Assembly: GCA_964495805.1 (NCBI GenBank)
Contig: CAZBWV010000038.1
Span: forward strand, 14,676 to 78,675
Reading direction: 5' to 3'
DNA from: an uncultured Calditrichaceae bacterium
GTDB lineage: Bacteria; Calditrichota; Calditrichia; RBG-13-44-9
Length of the DNA stretch: 64,000 nucleotides
The notes below the pieces were generated by a model. That model was not told where the DNA came from, did not search any database, and was given only the letters and a program-made list of their open reading frames with translations. Numbering within the stretch: position 1 is the stretch's first letter; each line of letters opens with the position of its first letter. Made by a program: the position numbers and the translations under genes. Below are positions 36,570-46,459 of this stretch, one piece after another.

Positions 36570-38765
36570 TTAAAATTTTACACCAAGATGGAAATAAGTT
36601 AGAAAATTATGCACTTCACTACCGGCAACTGTAATCTCCAACGGTCCCAGAATAGTATCCATCCCATAGGTAAATCCATATCCCACAATAAACCCCTTAT
36701 CCAGAACGTTATCCACCCAACTATCGAATACATTTCCCGCATTGACCGCTCCGATCAGGAAGCTTTTTGGAGAAAGCGCATATTGAATATAAAATTTACC
36801 AGCATGCACATTGGAACCAAATAACTCTTTCAGATTCAATCCGTAAAATGAAAATAAAGAACGATTACGCACCGTTTGAAGCACCGGTACATCAATACCT
36901 CCCAGGAAGAACGCACCGTTGATGGGGACCTCTCCTCTGCGAACAGAACCAGACACCAGGTGAGCGCCCAAAACCACACCGGGATACACCTCTTTTGCCC
37001 CACTGGCGTTGAAAAAGACTCGATCGAAAGAAATCTGTTCTCCCATTTTTCCCATGTAATTAATGCCATGATCATAACGAGCATAAATGGAATAACCATT
37101 TCGGGGGAAGTAATAGCGGTCGTATTTATCCATCCAGATGACGGTCATTAAAGTAAGAATTTTTTCCTCAAATTTAGGAAGTCCCACCTGTCCGATGTTG
37201 GGAGAAGCTCGAACGTATTCGGCCCGGAGACCCATATCCAGATCGAATATTCGAGCAAACAGGGAACCAAATCGCACCTCTCCGGCATAGTTCCGAAAGC
37301 CGTATTGCGCAAGCACTTCTTTCTGGTAGTATAGATCCAGATTATCCTCAGCGTAATTCAGCCTTAAATTCAATCCCACTCCGGGCAAAATTCCCATCAA
37401 AGTGTAATATTGAGCATCGATTTCAAGTCGATTTCCCAGTAAAAAATCCAGATTAATGTAAGAGCTTTCTCGCATGAGATTCCGAATTAGAAAATTGATG
37501 ATAAAAGAGGTGTTTCGCACATTATCGTACCGAAATCCCAGGCGGAATTTATTAAGTTTTTTTTCAATAATATTCAGCACCAGGATGTTTTTTCCATTTT
37601 CCCGGTGGATACGATAATCCACCCGGTTAAAAAATTGAAGGCTGTAAATATTCTCCACTGCTTGCTGGATGTCATCCACCGAATATCGGCCTGGTAGGCG
37701 CAAATTTAATTCTGAGATGATGGTTTTCCAGGAGACCTGTCGGAGTCCTTTAATCTGCACTGCATCCAGGTCCAGGGAATCGGGAATTGACACCACAGGA
37801 TGTTTGGGCAAAGGTTGATATTGCCGAAGTGAATCTGCCAGGGCTTTCAATTGCGGCATCACTTTTCGCGCAGCCCGTTCCCCCCGATCCACAATATCCT
37901 GAACATTGTCAAATGACAAAGGCGACAAACCGGAGATATCTGGCCGTATCACAATATCGGCCAGCTTCAATTGCGCCTCGTTCGTAGCAACCGAACTGTA
38001 CATGTTGCTCTGGTTTAACACATTGAGCAGGGACTGCAATTCTTCTTTTTTAAACAAAACGGCAGAGACATCCACCGCAATAATGATATCGGGATGATAT
38101 TTCTCAATCATATCAATTACCGGGATGTTGCGTACCCGATCCCCGTCAATCAGGTAACGGCCGTCAATTTCCATGGGGACAAAGACGGAGGGAATGGACA
38201 TGCTAGCCCGGATGGCATAAGGTAAAAAGCCATGATCCAAGCGCACCCCGTTTCCATTCTGCATATCGGTTGCAAGTGCCAGGAAAGGAACTGGCAATTT
38301 GGAGAAGTCCGAAACATCGTGCACAGGTATGGTAAAACGCGAAAGCACCTCCAGTACAAACTGACCGGCAATGATCCCGCTGGGTAAATAGATCTTGGCT
38401 TTGCGCATGGGAAGTTTCAACGCATATCGGCCATCCCAGTTTTTCTGATCCATACGCAATTTACGCCGACCGACAACATCGTATAAAATATCGTTCCAGT
38501 CCGTGCCCACAGCCACCTGTTCCAGCTCATCAATGGAAAGTCCGGCCGCGTACAAACCACCTACCACACTGCCCATGCTGGTTCCTGCGATGTAATCAAT
38601 GGGAATATTCAATTCTTCCAGTACTTTAATGACCCCAATATGAGCAAAGCCTTTGGCTCCCCCACCGCTCAAAACCAGTCCCACCCTGGGTCGATCCCCC
38701 CTGGCGAAGACGATTAGCGGAACCAAGAATATCAGCACCATGTATTTGTAGAAAGAGAACTTCAT
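36570..38765 (-). CDS. Patatin-POTRA-beta-barrel protein (PlpD-like, type Vd)
   Basis: LSGGGAKGFAHIG, GTSMG, IDGD; central POTRA-like segment; barrel ending in GVKF. Start set at MKFSFY. Confidence 0.88.
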   Translation of the reverse strand: MKFSFYKYMVLIFLVPLIVFARGDRPRVGLVLSGGGAKGFAHIGVIKVLEELNIPIDYIAGTSMGSVVGGLYAAGLSIDELEQVAVGTDWNDILYDVVGRRKLRMDQKNWDGRYALKLPMRKAKIYLPSGIIAGQFVLEVLSRFTIPVHDVSDFSKLPVPFLALATDMQNGNGVRLDHGFLPYAIRASMSIPSVFVPMEIDGRYLIDGDRVRNIPVIDMIEKYHPDIIIAVDVSAVLFKKEELQSLLNVLNQSNMYSSVATNEAQLKLADIVIRPDISGLSPLSFDNVQDIVDRGERAARKVMPQLKALADSLRQYQPLPKHPVVSIPDSLDLDAVQIKGLRQVSWKTIISELNLRLPGRYSVDDIQQAVENIYSLQFFNRVDYRIHRENGKNILVLNIIEKKLNKFRLGFRYDNVRNTSFIINFLIRNLMRESSYINLDFLLGNRLEIDAQYYTLMGILPGVGLNLRLNYAEDNLDLYYQKEVLAQYGFRNYAGEVRFGSLFARIFDLDMGLRAEYVRASPNIGQVGLPKFEEKILTLMTVIWMDKYDRYYFPRNGYSIYARYDHGINYMGKMGEQISFDRVFFNASGAKEVYPGVVLGAHLVSGSVRRGEVPINGAFFLGGIDVPVLQTVRNRSLFSFYGLNLKELFGSNVHAGKFYIQYALSPKSFLIGAVNAGNVFDSWVDNVLDKGFIVGYGFTYGMDTILGPLEITVAGSEVHNFLTYFHLGVKF

Positions 38766-38843
38766 CCCATTACCCTCATTTTTTCCCAATATTCCAAGGA
38801 ATTAAACATAATTCGAATTGGCATCCTCCGTTTTTCCGCGCAT

Positions 38844-40100
38844 TTAATGTCGGTCTAAATAGCTCAGTTTGCGATGAACATCCAGGAGCTGTTCCTGAAT
38901 GTATTGATAATACACCTGAGCGAACTCTTTAAATCGGGCATCATTCGTTTCGCTGAGGACTTTATTTTTCCGGGATAAAATCTTCTGGTAACGTTGCCGG
39001 AAATAAGTCAGATTGGCGCGAATTTCGGTGAATTCCGGATGAGAAATCATCTTTTTAACTTTCCGGGTTTTCTGCTTAATCAGCGGCCATTCCATGACGA
39101 ACAGCTTAAATTGGGGCTCATACACCTCATTTTCCTGCCGGACCGAAATGGTGCGCCATAAAGCCCCGTGATGAACTGGCAGCCAATGATACTGCATCAG
39201 TGTATTTCGCAGCACTTCGTCCTGATAAATTTTACGAATATCTTCGATGGGATAATTGTTGGCTCGATCGAACAGGTTCACAAATTCGTTAGCGGGTACA
39301 GAAAGATTGAATAGCTGTTTCAGTTTGGTGGTTTTCACCGATTGCGGTTTCCAGAATCCCGCGGCAGCCAGCGCGTTGTGTACCAGATGGCTACAATTAT
39401 CGGAATAACCGCTCCAATTATATTTTGCTTCTCCGGTGGCATATTCCCGATTTACCCGATTCAGATACTCCACCACTTTACCCAGCACATCCCGGGTCAC
39501 CGGTACGCTGACGCTAAAAATGGTACGTCCAAAATTCAGGGCATAATCCGTACCGATGGACTGGCGTGCCAGATATTCCAGCACATTCATGGTGTCCGGT
39601 TTACTGGTTAGATATTGCTGATGAACTTCAATTCCCTGAAAAATTCCCATCTCCATTGCCTGTTTTATGGTATGTTCAAACCGATCCATGGTAAGTGCCG
39701 TCGTCTCGGGTAAATTTCCGTAAAAAAAGAAAAAGCGAGTGGGAACACCAATCCAGTTCACATTTTTAAACAATTTATCGACACTCACCCCCACTCCTGT
39801 GTCCGGGTTTTTTAAATCTGCCGTAGAATCGCACAGGGCGATGGTGGGGTACGGTGCATCCTTTACCCATCGGGCACCCTTGAGATAGACCACTGCGTGT
39901 CCTGCTCCCCCACCCGCGGGGGCTCCCCTGGGACGAATCTGGCTCACTGCGCTGACCTCCACATAATAGGGATACAGCTCGTCGTACACCACCGGTAAAC
40001 CCCGACTTTTAATGACCACATTTTCGTTGGAGGAACAGCCCAATAGCCCCAGAAGAACAGTTAAAATGATAAAGAATTGCATCCGTCGAAAATTTTTCAT
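38844..40100 (-). CDS. Hypothetical lipoprotein with a putative permuted papain-like His/Cys dyad
   Basis: Lipobox LLGC; GHAVVYL followed much later by YNWSGYSDNCS. Confidence 0.55.
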   Translation of the reverse strand: MKNFRRMQFFIILTVLLGLLGCSSNENVVIKSRGLPVVYDELYPYYVEVSAVSQIRPRGAPAGGGAGHAVVYLKGARWVKDAPYPTIALCDSTADLKNPDTGVGVSVDKLFKNVNWIGVPTRFFFFYGNLPETTALTMDRFEHTIKQAMEMGIFQGIEVHQQYLTSKPDTMNVLEYLARQSIGTDYALNFGRTIFSVSVPVTRDVLGKVVEYLNRVNREYATGEAKYNWSGYSDNCSHLVHNALAAAGFWKPQSVKTTKLKQLFNLSVPANEFVNLFDRANNYPIEDIRKIYQDEVLRNTLMQYHWLPVHHGALWRTISVRQENEVYEPQFKLFVMEWPLIKQKTRKVKKMISHPEFTEIRANLTYFRQRYQKILSRKNKVLSETNDARFKEFAQVYYQYIQEQLLDVHRKLSYLDRH

Positions 40101-40870
40101 GGGTTTTTTACCCCCGATTGATTTTTTAATCCATGCTGGTAAAGTGTGGAAATGGTGACGATTTTCAGACCTTTTTGGGTCAGATAGGGAAGGATTTGTT
40201 CCAGCGTACGGATAGTTCGCCTGCCGCGATCGCCACCATCATGCAGAACTATGATATCTCCCGGCCGGGTCGTCCAATCGATGTAATGGGAGGCCAGAAA
40301 GGTAAACGGAATCTGCGCATCGGCAGGATAAACTGAGCCCAGTACCAGACGATAACCCCGCGGGTCGTTCGCCAGATAATTGGCCATCTCTTCTGTGTAA
40401 AACGCAGAGCCGGGGCGCAACCAGCGCACCGGTGCAAACTGCCGCAACACACTGTCCGCCCGGTTAAATTCCTGCACAAACTTCTGGTAAGTCAGTTTAG
40501 CCGTTGGTTCATCGCGGGTCATGTGGTTGCCTATTTCGTGCCCTTCGGCCAGAATTCGCTGAATAATGGCTTCATTGCCCGGAACCCGTCCGGTAATCAC
40601 AAAAAATGTGGCATGGGCGTGATACTTACGAAGGGTGTTTAAAATCAGTGGAGTGGTGACCGAATCCGGTACATCATCAAAAGTAAGCGCCACCAATGGT
40701 TCGTTAGTAGGAATGTAAAAAATTGCCTCGGGATAATTGGTCGCCACCTGTTCCACCACCAGATGGTGAATAGGGGCGCAACTCGCCAGCATCAGCAAAC
40801 CTATGAACAGAATTCCGCACAGGCGATATCCCCTCTCTCCGGATCGATTCATTTTTCTCCAACCCCGCAT
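40097..40870 (-). CDS. Polysaccharide deacetylase (NodB/CE4), probable lipoprotein
   Basis: ALTFDD, HEIGNHM, LRPG, IIVLHD; LASC lipobox. Confidence 0.88.
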   Translation of the reverse strand: MRGWRKMNRSGERGYRLCGILFIGLLMLASCAPIHHLVVEQVATNYPEAIFYIPTNEPLVALTFDDVPDSVTTPLILNTLRKYHAHATFFVITGRVPGNEAIIQRILAEGHEIGNHMTRDEPTAKLTYQKFVQEFNRADSVLRQFAPVRWLRPGSAFYTEEMANYLANDPRGYRLVLGSVYPADAQIPFTFLASHYIDWTTRPGDIIVLHDGGDRGRRTIRTLEQILPYLTQKGLKIVTISTLYQHGLKNQSGVKNP

Positions 40871-42513
40871 TAATACTCCAGTTTTCGTTCTTTTATGTAT
40901 TGAAGCAACTGGCTCATACTGAGTTGACGACTGGCCGGGCCACTGCGAATGAAAAACATCTCCTGATCCTTATTTTTCAGAAATACCGGTCTGGGAGAGG
41001 GAAAACACTGTACCACAAAAACGTCCTTCCCCTGCACTTCACGGATGGCAAACTGGATGTATTCTGAAAATTCCAGCCCGATATGTTGATTGAATATGCT
41101 TCCGAAGTGCCTTAAGTATTTATCGTGATTGGGGAATTTGTCCAGTTCAATTCCCAGCGGAGTTCCATCATCATCTACACCTACAAACAAAAACCCGCCA
41201 CCGGAGTTCATAAACGCGGTAATGGTTTTCAGACTGGCCAGTTCAATCTCCTTGCCTGGCTTGTCCGCTTTCAGATTCCAGCGCAGGGTGGATTTGAATT
41301 CCACCCGTTCGCTTTCCCCGTTGCGAATTAAATCAAGTAGTTCTTCCTCACTCATCCGGGAAAGCTCTCGTGTAATGCTGCGGGCTCGCTCCCGTTTAAC
41401 CATCCGAACCGTTAATAAAAGGGTCCCCAGCCAGAGAACCACCAGCACCCCAATAATGGGAAAATACGGACGAGAAGAATATCCCTGTAACAGGGCAGAT
41501 TGAGGCACCACCCAGGCCAATCCCATAGGATGTTCTTTTTCAAAACGACGTAAATAAGCCCACCATATCAGCCCGGCTTGCTCGAACCGAAACGGATGCT
41601 CAGGTTGTCCCGAACTTTTCCACGCTTCCAGTACCTGTCTGGCCACAGAATCGGCAGGTATATGGCCACTCCCGAGAGTTTGCGCCTGTTTTTCTGCTAC
41701 CGGCTTATTGGACACCTGAGCCAGATTTAAAATGATTTGTTGCCCGGAAAAAATGAACACCCGGCTGGAGGCATCCAATTTCAGTGAATCTACCAGCGAA
41801 ACAAGATGCCGGTACAACACGCTAAGTGCGGCAACTCGTTGGGTATGGGCTCGCTTCCAGGCCAGCGAAATGGTCATGCCCGTTTGCCCATCGGGGAAAA
41901 GTTGATATGGTTCGGTAATGGAAAATTCCTGTTCCCCTATTTCCAGCGCATTCCGGAACCAGTTCCGGTGATGGGGACGGAAATGAACATCCGCTTTACG
42001 TTTACCAAGCAGGTTTCCCTGCGCATTCAGTTCCCACCATTCCTGCTGGCCGGTGGAATCATTTCCCACGGTGACCAGTGCCCGCCAGCCTGCCTGCCCA
42101 CGAAAAAGGGCAAAACTCCACCCCCGCGTATCAGACAGAATCAAAGAGTAAATCTGAGCATTATTGCTTATCAGGGGGAAGAGCTGATCTTTTAGTAAAT
42201 CCGGTCGGGAGGTGTTCAGTACGCCATTTTTATCCCACTGCCGGATTGTAACAAGATGTTTCAAAATAGGACTGAAAAAATTAGAAATCCGTTCGGTGCT
42301 TTGCTCGGAAAGCTGGCGAATCACCTGCCGGGAGATTTCACCGGTCTGCCGCTGGCGACCCACCAGCAACAGAATAACAACTCCCACAATCGCTACCAGA
42401 AAGAAAACGTTTAATAAAAATAGTGAACGAATGGTTCTGTTTTGGAAAAGGTATTTTCCGGACGGGTTCGGCCGACTGGAATTATTCATTGGTTTAGTTT
42501 CGTTGCTTGACAT
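40870..42513 (-). CDS. Membrane-anchored Cache-domain sensor fused to a C-terminal Schlafen/AlbA_2 domain
   Basis: TM1, periplasmic Cache-like region (RPHHRNWF...TEPYQLF...GMTIS), TM2, then GESERVEFKSTL, KTITAFMNSGGGFLFVGVDDDG, FFIRSGPASR. Confidence 0.8.
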   Translation of the reverse strand: MSSNETKPMNNSSRPNPSGKYLFQNRTIRSLFLLNVFFLVAIVGVVILLLVGRQRQTGEISRQVIRQLSEQSTERISNFFSPILKHLVTIRQWDKNGVLNTSRPDLLKDQLFPLISNNAQIYSLILSDTRGWSFALFRGQAGWRALVTVGNDSTGQQEWWELNAQGNLLGKRKADVHFRPHHRNWFRNALEIGEQEFSITEPYQLFPDGQTGMTISLAWKRAHTQRVAALSVLYRHLVSLVDSLKLDASSRVFIFSGQQIILNLAQVSNKPVAEKQAQTLGSGHIPADSVARQVLEAWKSSGQPEHPFRFEQAGLIWWAYLRRFEKEHPMGLAWVVPQSALLQGYSSRPYFPIIGVLVVLWLGTLLLTVRMVKRERARSITRELSRMSEEELLDLIRNGESERVEFKSTLRWNLKADKPGKEIELASLKTITAFMNSGGGFLFVGVDDDGTPLGIELDKFPNHDKYLRHFGSIFNQHIGLEFSEYIQFAIREVQGKDVFVVQCFPSPRPVFLKNKDQEMFFIRSGPASRQLSMSQLLQYIKERKLEY

Positions 42514-42611
42514 GTAAATATCAGGAACTCAGTTATGAAGGTTACTTTAGTGCAATACCCATGGATTGCAGAAAAATTTAATTGGAGTCAAAAGATTGGG
42601 ATATTCATCCG

Positions 42612-43370
42612 TTAAAAGAAAAGGGTGAAGCCCACTTCCGGTCCGGCATGGCGAACATCGTACTTAAAATACTCCAACCCGGTTCCACTCTCGTACTGAA
42701 CATCCCAGATGCGATAACCACCTAAAAGGGCAAAATTGGACAGGCGCAATCCCACTCCGGCAGAAATGTTCCAGGAGAATTTCGAACCCAGACCAAAACC
42801 GCCCATATCCGCACGGGCAAAAATTAACACCGGTTTAAAAATTAAAAAGCGTGTCCGGGCACCCACAAAAGGGTCAAACCAACCTTTATGCTTTTCGACC
42901 TCTGAGACGCCTCCCTCACGGATGACAGTTTTTATTTTGAAATACCGCCCACCACCAATGATGTCCAGATAGGGAAGAATGCTATAACCGGCAGCTCCTT
43001 CCCATAGGGAAATGTAAGAGTTTAATTCATCCAGGCTATCTTTATCGAAACTCTGGATAAAAATTCCCTCTAACAAAAAAACCAGTTTTTCTGTCTTCGC
43101 CTCCACATGCCCGTTCAGCGCCCAGCCACCACCACGCATTAAATCTTTAAAAAAAACATCCGCCTCAAAGCTTTTCTCCCCTACAGTGACGGTTCCATTC
43201 TGAGAAGGCAACCAGGAGAACAGGGTAAACTGATATTGCCAATTGTTCTGGTTATAATCGTACGCCACATATTGCGCCTGACCTGCTGAGGGCCAGTACC
43301 ATAGTACCATCATGACCAACAAAAAGGCGAACACCCGTCTATGCTGCGAAAATGGTTGATTCTGTTTCAT
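42612..43370 (-). CDS. Outer-membrane beta-barrel, unknown function
   Basis: Signal peptide, WFDPFVGAR, RADMGGFG, GGYRIWDVQY, C-terminal Phe. Confidence 0.7.
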   Translation of the reverse strand: MKQNQPFSQHRRVFAFLLVMMVLWYWPSAGQAQYVAYDYNQNNWQYQFTLFSWLPSQNGTVTVGEKSFEADVFFKDLMRGGGWALNGHVEAKTEKLVFLLEGIFIQSFDKDSLDELNSYISLWEGAAGYSILPYLDIIGGGRYFKIKTVIREGGVSEVEKHKGWFDPFVGARTRFLIFKPVLIFARADMGGFGLGSKFSWNISAGVGLRLSNFALLGGYRIWDVQYESGTGLEYFKYDVRHAGPEVGFTLFF

Positions 43371-43422
43371 TCGAATTCCCCTTATTCTCATCTCCCTTCT
43401 TAAAACCAATTCATACAACTAA

Positions 43423-44334
43423 CTAAAAGAAAGACAACCCGGCCAAAAACAGGACATGGAAATAATCGTAACCAGGAATGCTATAATTTTTAAAGGTGAA
43501 TGTGGTCCCACCGCCACCAAATGCCGCCGCTTGTTCAGTTATTTGGATGTGTAACAAAAAACGAAGTTGCAAAGCGAACACATCTTCTTCCGGATCGCGT
43601 TCGGTAAGTTCGGGATTGTTGTACACATGCAGATAACCCAGGTCAGCGCTCATCTGGTACTCTTCGGTCAGTGGCATCATGTACCCGTAATGAAAACTGA
43701 AGATGGTGGACTGCTCCGTCCAGAAGTCAAAACTGGTGCGTCCGATGGCCAGTTCGGAATAGAACTGATTGGCCAGAAAGCGCAGCCCTGCATTGATATT
43801 GGCATAGCTGGTTCCGTAAACGATCGCCTGCAGCTTCCCGTTATCGGCAAGGTTTATTAATCCGATGGGAATACCGTGTTGTTTTCGGGCGATGTTAATC
43901 AACCCGATCTGCACCCCGGTTTGCACGGAATCGGCGGTATTAATCAGTCCTACCTGTGTTCCCGACAGATTGGCAGCATGGTTAAATCCGCCCATCTGCC
44001 AGCCACTAAAGCGACCATCGGTATTGTTGTACAATCCCGCAATTCGCAATCCGGAAGCATCTCCCTTTACTTTTGCAACCAGTCCCACCAGCTGGAATCC
44101 CCGAAAATCGTGGTTAATCACACTCACCGCTCCGCTCATGTCGAATGCCCGGACGCTTCCCACATTGCCGTAAATCAGCGAAATATTGGTACTGGTCTGT
44201 ACATCTTTCGAACCATTGGTGCTCAAGGGATAAAACAAAGAGAGATTCAGCGCACGTGTGGAACCATCCTCCTGAGCCAGGATCGAATCCAGAGTGAATA
44301 CCGTGAGCAACAAAAACATTAACCAGATTTTCAT
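43423..44334 (-). CDS. Exported GxQxGxxN-repeat protein (LA_2272-like) with beta-rich C-terminus
   Basis: Repeats GFQLVGL, GWQMGGFN, GTQVGLIN, GVQIGLIN, GIPIGLIN; C-terminal Phe. Confidence 0.7.
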   Translation of the reverse strand: MKIWLMFLLLTVFTLDSILAQEDGSTRALNLSLFYPLSTNGSKDVQTSTNISLIYGNVGSVRAFDMSGAVSVINHDFRGFQLVGLVAKVKGDASGLRIAGLYNNTDGRFSGWQMGGFNHAANLSGTQVGLINTADSVQTGVQIGLINIARKQHGIPIGLINLADNGKLQAIVYGTSYANINAGLRFLANQFYSELAIGRTSFDFWTEQSTIFSFHYGYMMPLTEEYQMSADLGYLHVYNNPELTERDPEEDVFALQLRFLLHIQITEQAAAFGGGGTTFTFKNYSIPGYDYFHVLFLAGLSFF

Positions 44335-44768
44335 GAAAAGACCCGTTTTTTGTTCAAATTAAATTTATCCGGGAAAATATTTTTTATTTTTCAATATAAG
44401 AAGACAAAATGTGCAGGCCAATCTTTTTTTTCAACGCATCCCGGGCATTTGATTAACTAAACCAAGACACAACCATTTATATCAAAGGTTTTTGGTTCTT
44501 CACCGGAAGTGTTACCACACAAAACCACCCTGCCAACGATACGATATTCGTAAAAAAAACAGGGCAAATTAACAAACACGAATCGGAAAAGCAGGCGAGA
44601 GAAATTGATGAAACCATTTTATCTGCAAAAGAAATCTGTGTTTACTCTGTATATTCCATTCTAAAAAATTTTTAATTTTGAAATATAACCGGGCTATAAT
44701 TTCCGGTTGATTTATCTATAGAAATTCATAAATTTAACCGGAGCGAAAATCACGAAACAGGATGTTCA

Positions 44769-45401
44769 ATGAAAAGGTGGGCTATCGTCTTTTTCCTTTT
44801 ACTCCCGACAATTCTATCCGCCCAAATTTCTCTGGGAATGATGGTTGGAGCCAACATAGGCAAATTTGGGGGAGTAGAACCGCCGGATATTAGCTATACC
44901 CATCGCACCGGGTCGAATGTGGGAGTTACGGCTATTTTTCGTATAACCCGGGATGTGAGTTTGGCTTTTCAGCCGACTTATTCCCAACGTGGTTCCAACA
45001 TCGAAACCGGTGAGGATACACGCTGGGATACTCTGAAAGTGTACCAGGTTAAAATCAATTTTCTGGTGCTTCCACTATTCGTCCGAATCGATGCCGACAA
45101 CGGAATAACTTACTTTGTCAGCGGGCTGGAATTTGCTTTGCCATTGAGTGCGGAAGTAGTCTTTCAGGATCAATCATGGGACATCTCTCACAACCTCAGC
45201 AATACAGATATCCTGGCTTCCATCGGAATGGGGTTTCGTATCCCTTTCGGGCAGAAAAATCACGCCATGCTGGAAGTGCGCTACTATCAGGGACTGGTCA
45301 ACTTCAATTATTCTTCCGAAGAAGAAAAAAAACGCGTTATCTACGAAAATTTTAAAAACAGTGGTTTTCAAATCATGCTTGGAATCGAACGGGTTCTGTG
45401 A
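44769..45401 (+). CDS. Porin-family 8-stranded beta-barrel (OMP_b-brl_2-like)
   Basis: Signal peptide; YSQRG, FLVLPL, EVRYYQGL. Confidence 0.75.
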   Translation: MKRWAIVFFLLLPTILSAQISLGMMVGANIGKFGGVEPPDISYTHRTGSNVGVTAIFRITRDVSLAFQPTYSQRGSNIETGEDTRWDTLKVYQVKINFLVLPLFVRIDADNGITYFVSGLEFALPLSAEVVFQDQSWDISHNLSNTDILASIGMGFRIPFGQKNHAMLEVRYYQGLVNFNYSSEEEKKRVIYENFKNSGFQIMLGIERVL

Positions 45402-45402
45402 T

Positions 45403-46353
45403 ATGAGAAAAACCTGCCAAACCATTCTGATGTTGATGGTGGTCCTTCCGGCATTGGTAGCAGCAGGCTCACCGATTCAGAGAAATCTGCCTCTTCTGAA
45501 CAGCCACTATTTTATGCCGTTTGCCAATTTCCCCTCTCCATTTATGACCACCATCTTCAAAACCGGCATTGGCGGCGGTGTCAGCACCAATCAAATTCCA
45601 ATCTACTGGGTGGACGGCAGATTGATTGGCCAGCTGGAAGGAAAGAACACCTTTGTCAATGCAACAGTGATGGTAAAAGTCCGTGCCAAAGAATGGCTGG
45701 CAACCTGGTTCAAATACGAAGCGAACGTTCGCATCGGAAGCAATACTTCTACCCTACTGACCCATGGGGTCACATCCATCACCGGTTTCGAGTTTGGCTG
45801 GATGTACCGTTTATGGAAGAGTTCCAATAACCTGCTTTCTCTGACTCTTCAGATAAACAACACCACCGTCTCCACCATGAATTTACTGCGCTTTTTAAAC
45901 GATGTGATCACCTCACCGGACAGCATTACCACCACCCTAACCCAGAAGCGCAATCCGCTCTCCGGTGGCATGGGTTTCCGCTATGCCCACGCGTTCAATG
46001 ATTTGTGGGGAGTGGAAACTTATCTATATGGTTCCTACGGGGAATCGTTCCTCCAAGATGAAAACAACGTTTGGCAATTCAATATGGGAATTCTTGGCAG
46101 TATATATTTGAATTACCGGTATGGAATTCCCGTGGGAGGCATGCTGGGATTTACGGTGAAACGTCTTACCCTTTTTCAGAAGCAAGAGGATGACCAGACC
46201 GAATCCATTCTGGCGAAAATTGCTTACGTAGGACGTGAGGAGTATAATATGGGGCTGGAATTTTATTACGTCCGGACCGCAACTCCGCTGCTGGCACGGG
46301 ATTCCAGCATGAGATATTTAACTATTAGCTTTGTGGTTACTTATATTTTTTAA
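45403..46353 (+). CDS. Probable outer-membrane beta-barrel, unknown function
   Basis: Start set at MRKTCQ (45403); signal peptide; alternating strands; C-terminal YIF. Confidence 0.6.
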   Translation: MRKTCQTILMLMVVLPALVAAGSPIQRNLPLLNSHYFMPFANFPSPFMTTIFKTGIGGGVSTNQIPIYWVDGRLIGQLEGKNTFVNATVMVKVRAKEWLATWFKYEANVRIGSNTSTLLTHGVTSITGFEFGWMYRLWKSSNNLLSLTLQINNTTVSTMNLLRFLNDVITSPDSITTTLTQKRNPLSGGMGFRYAHAFNDLWGVETYLYGSYGESFLQDENNVWQFNMGILGSIYLNYRYGIPVGGMLGFTVKRLTLFQKQEDDQTESILAKIAYVGREEYNMGLEFYYVRTATPLLARDSSMRYLTISFVVTYIF

Positions 46354-46459
46354 TCCGGGACCCCATTTGTCCGGCAGGTTTCACGGAAGGTTTCTTGCTT
46401 CCGGCAAGGGAAAGGTTATCGGATAACATTCACAATAAATCGAAACGAACCTGTTCTCT

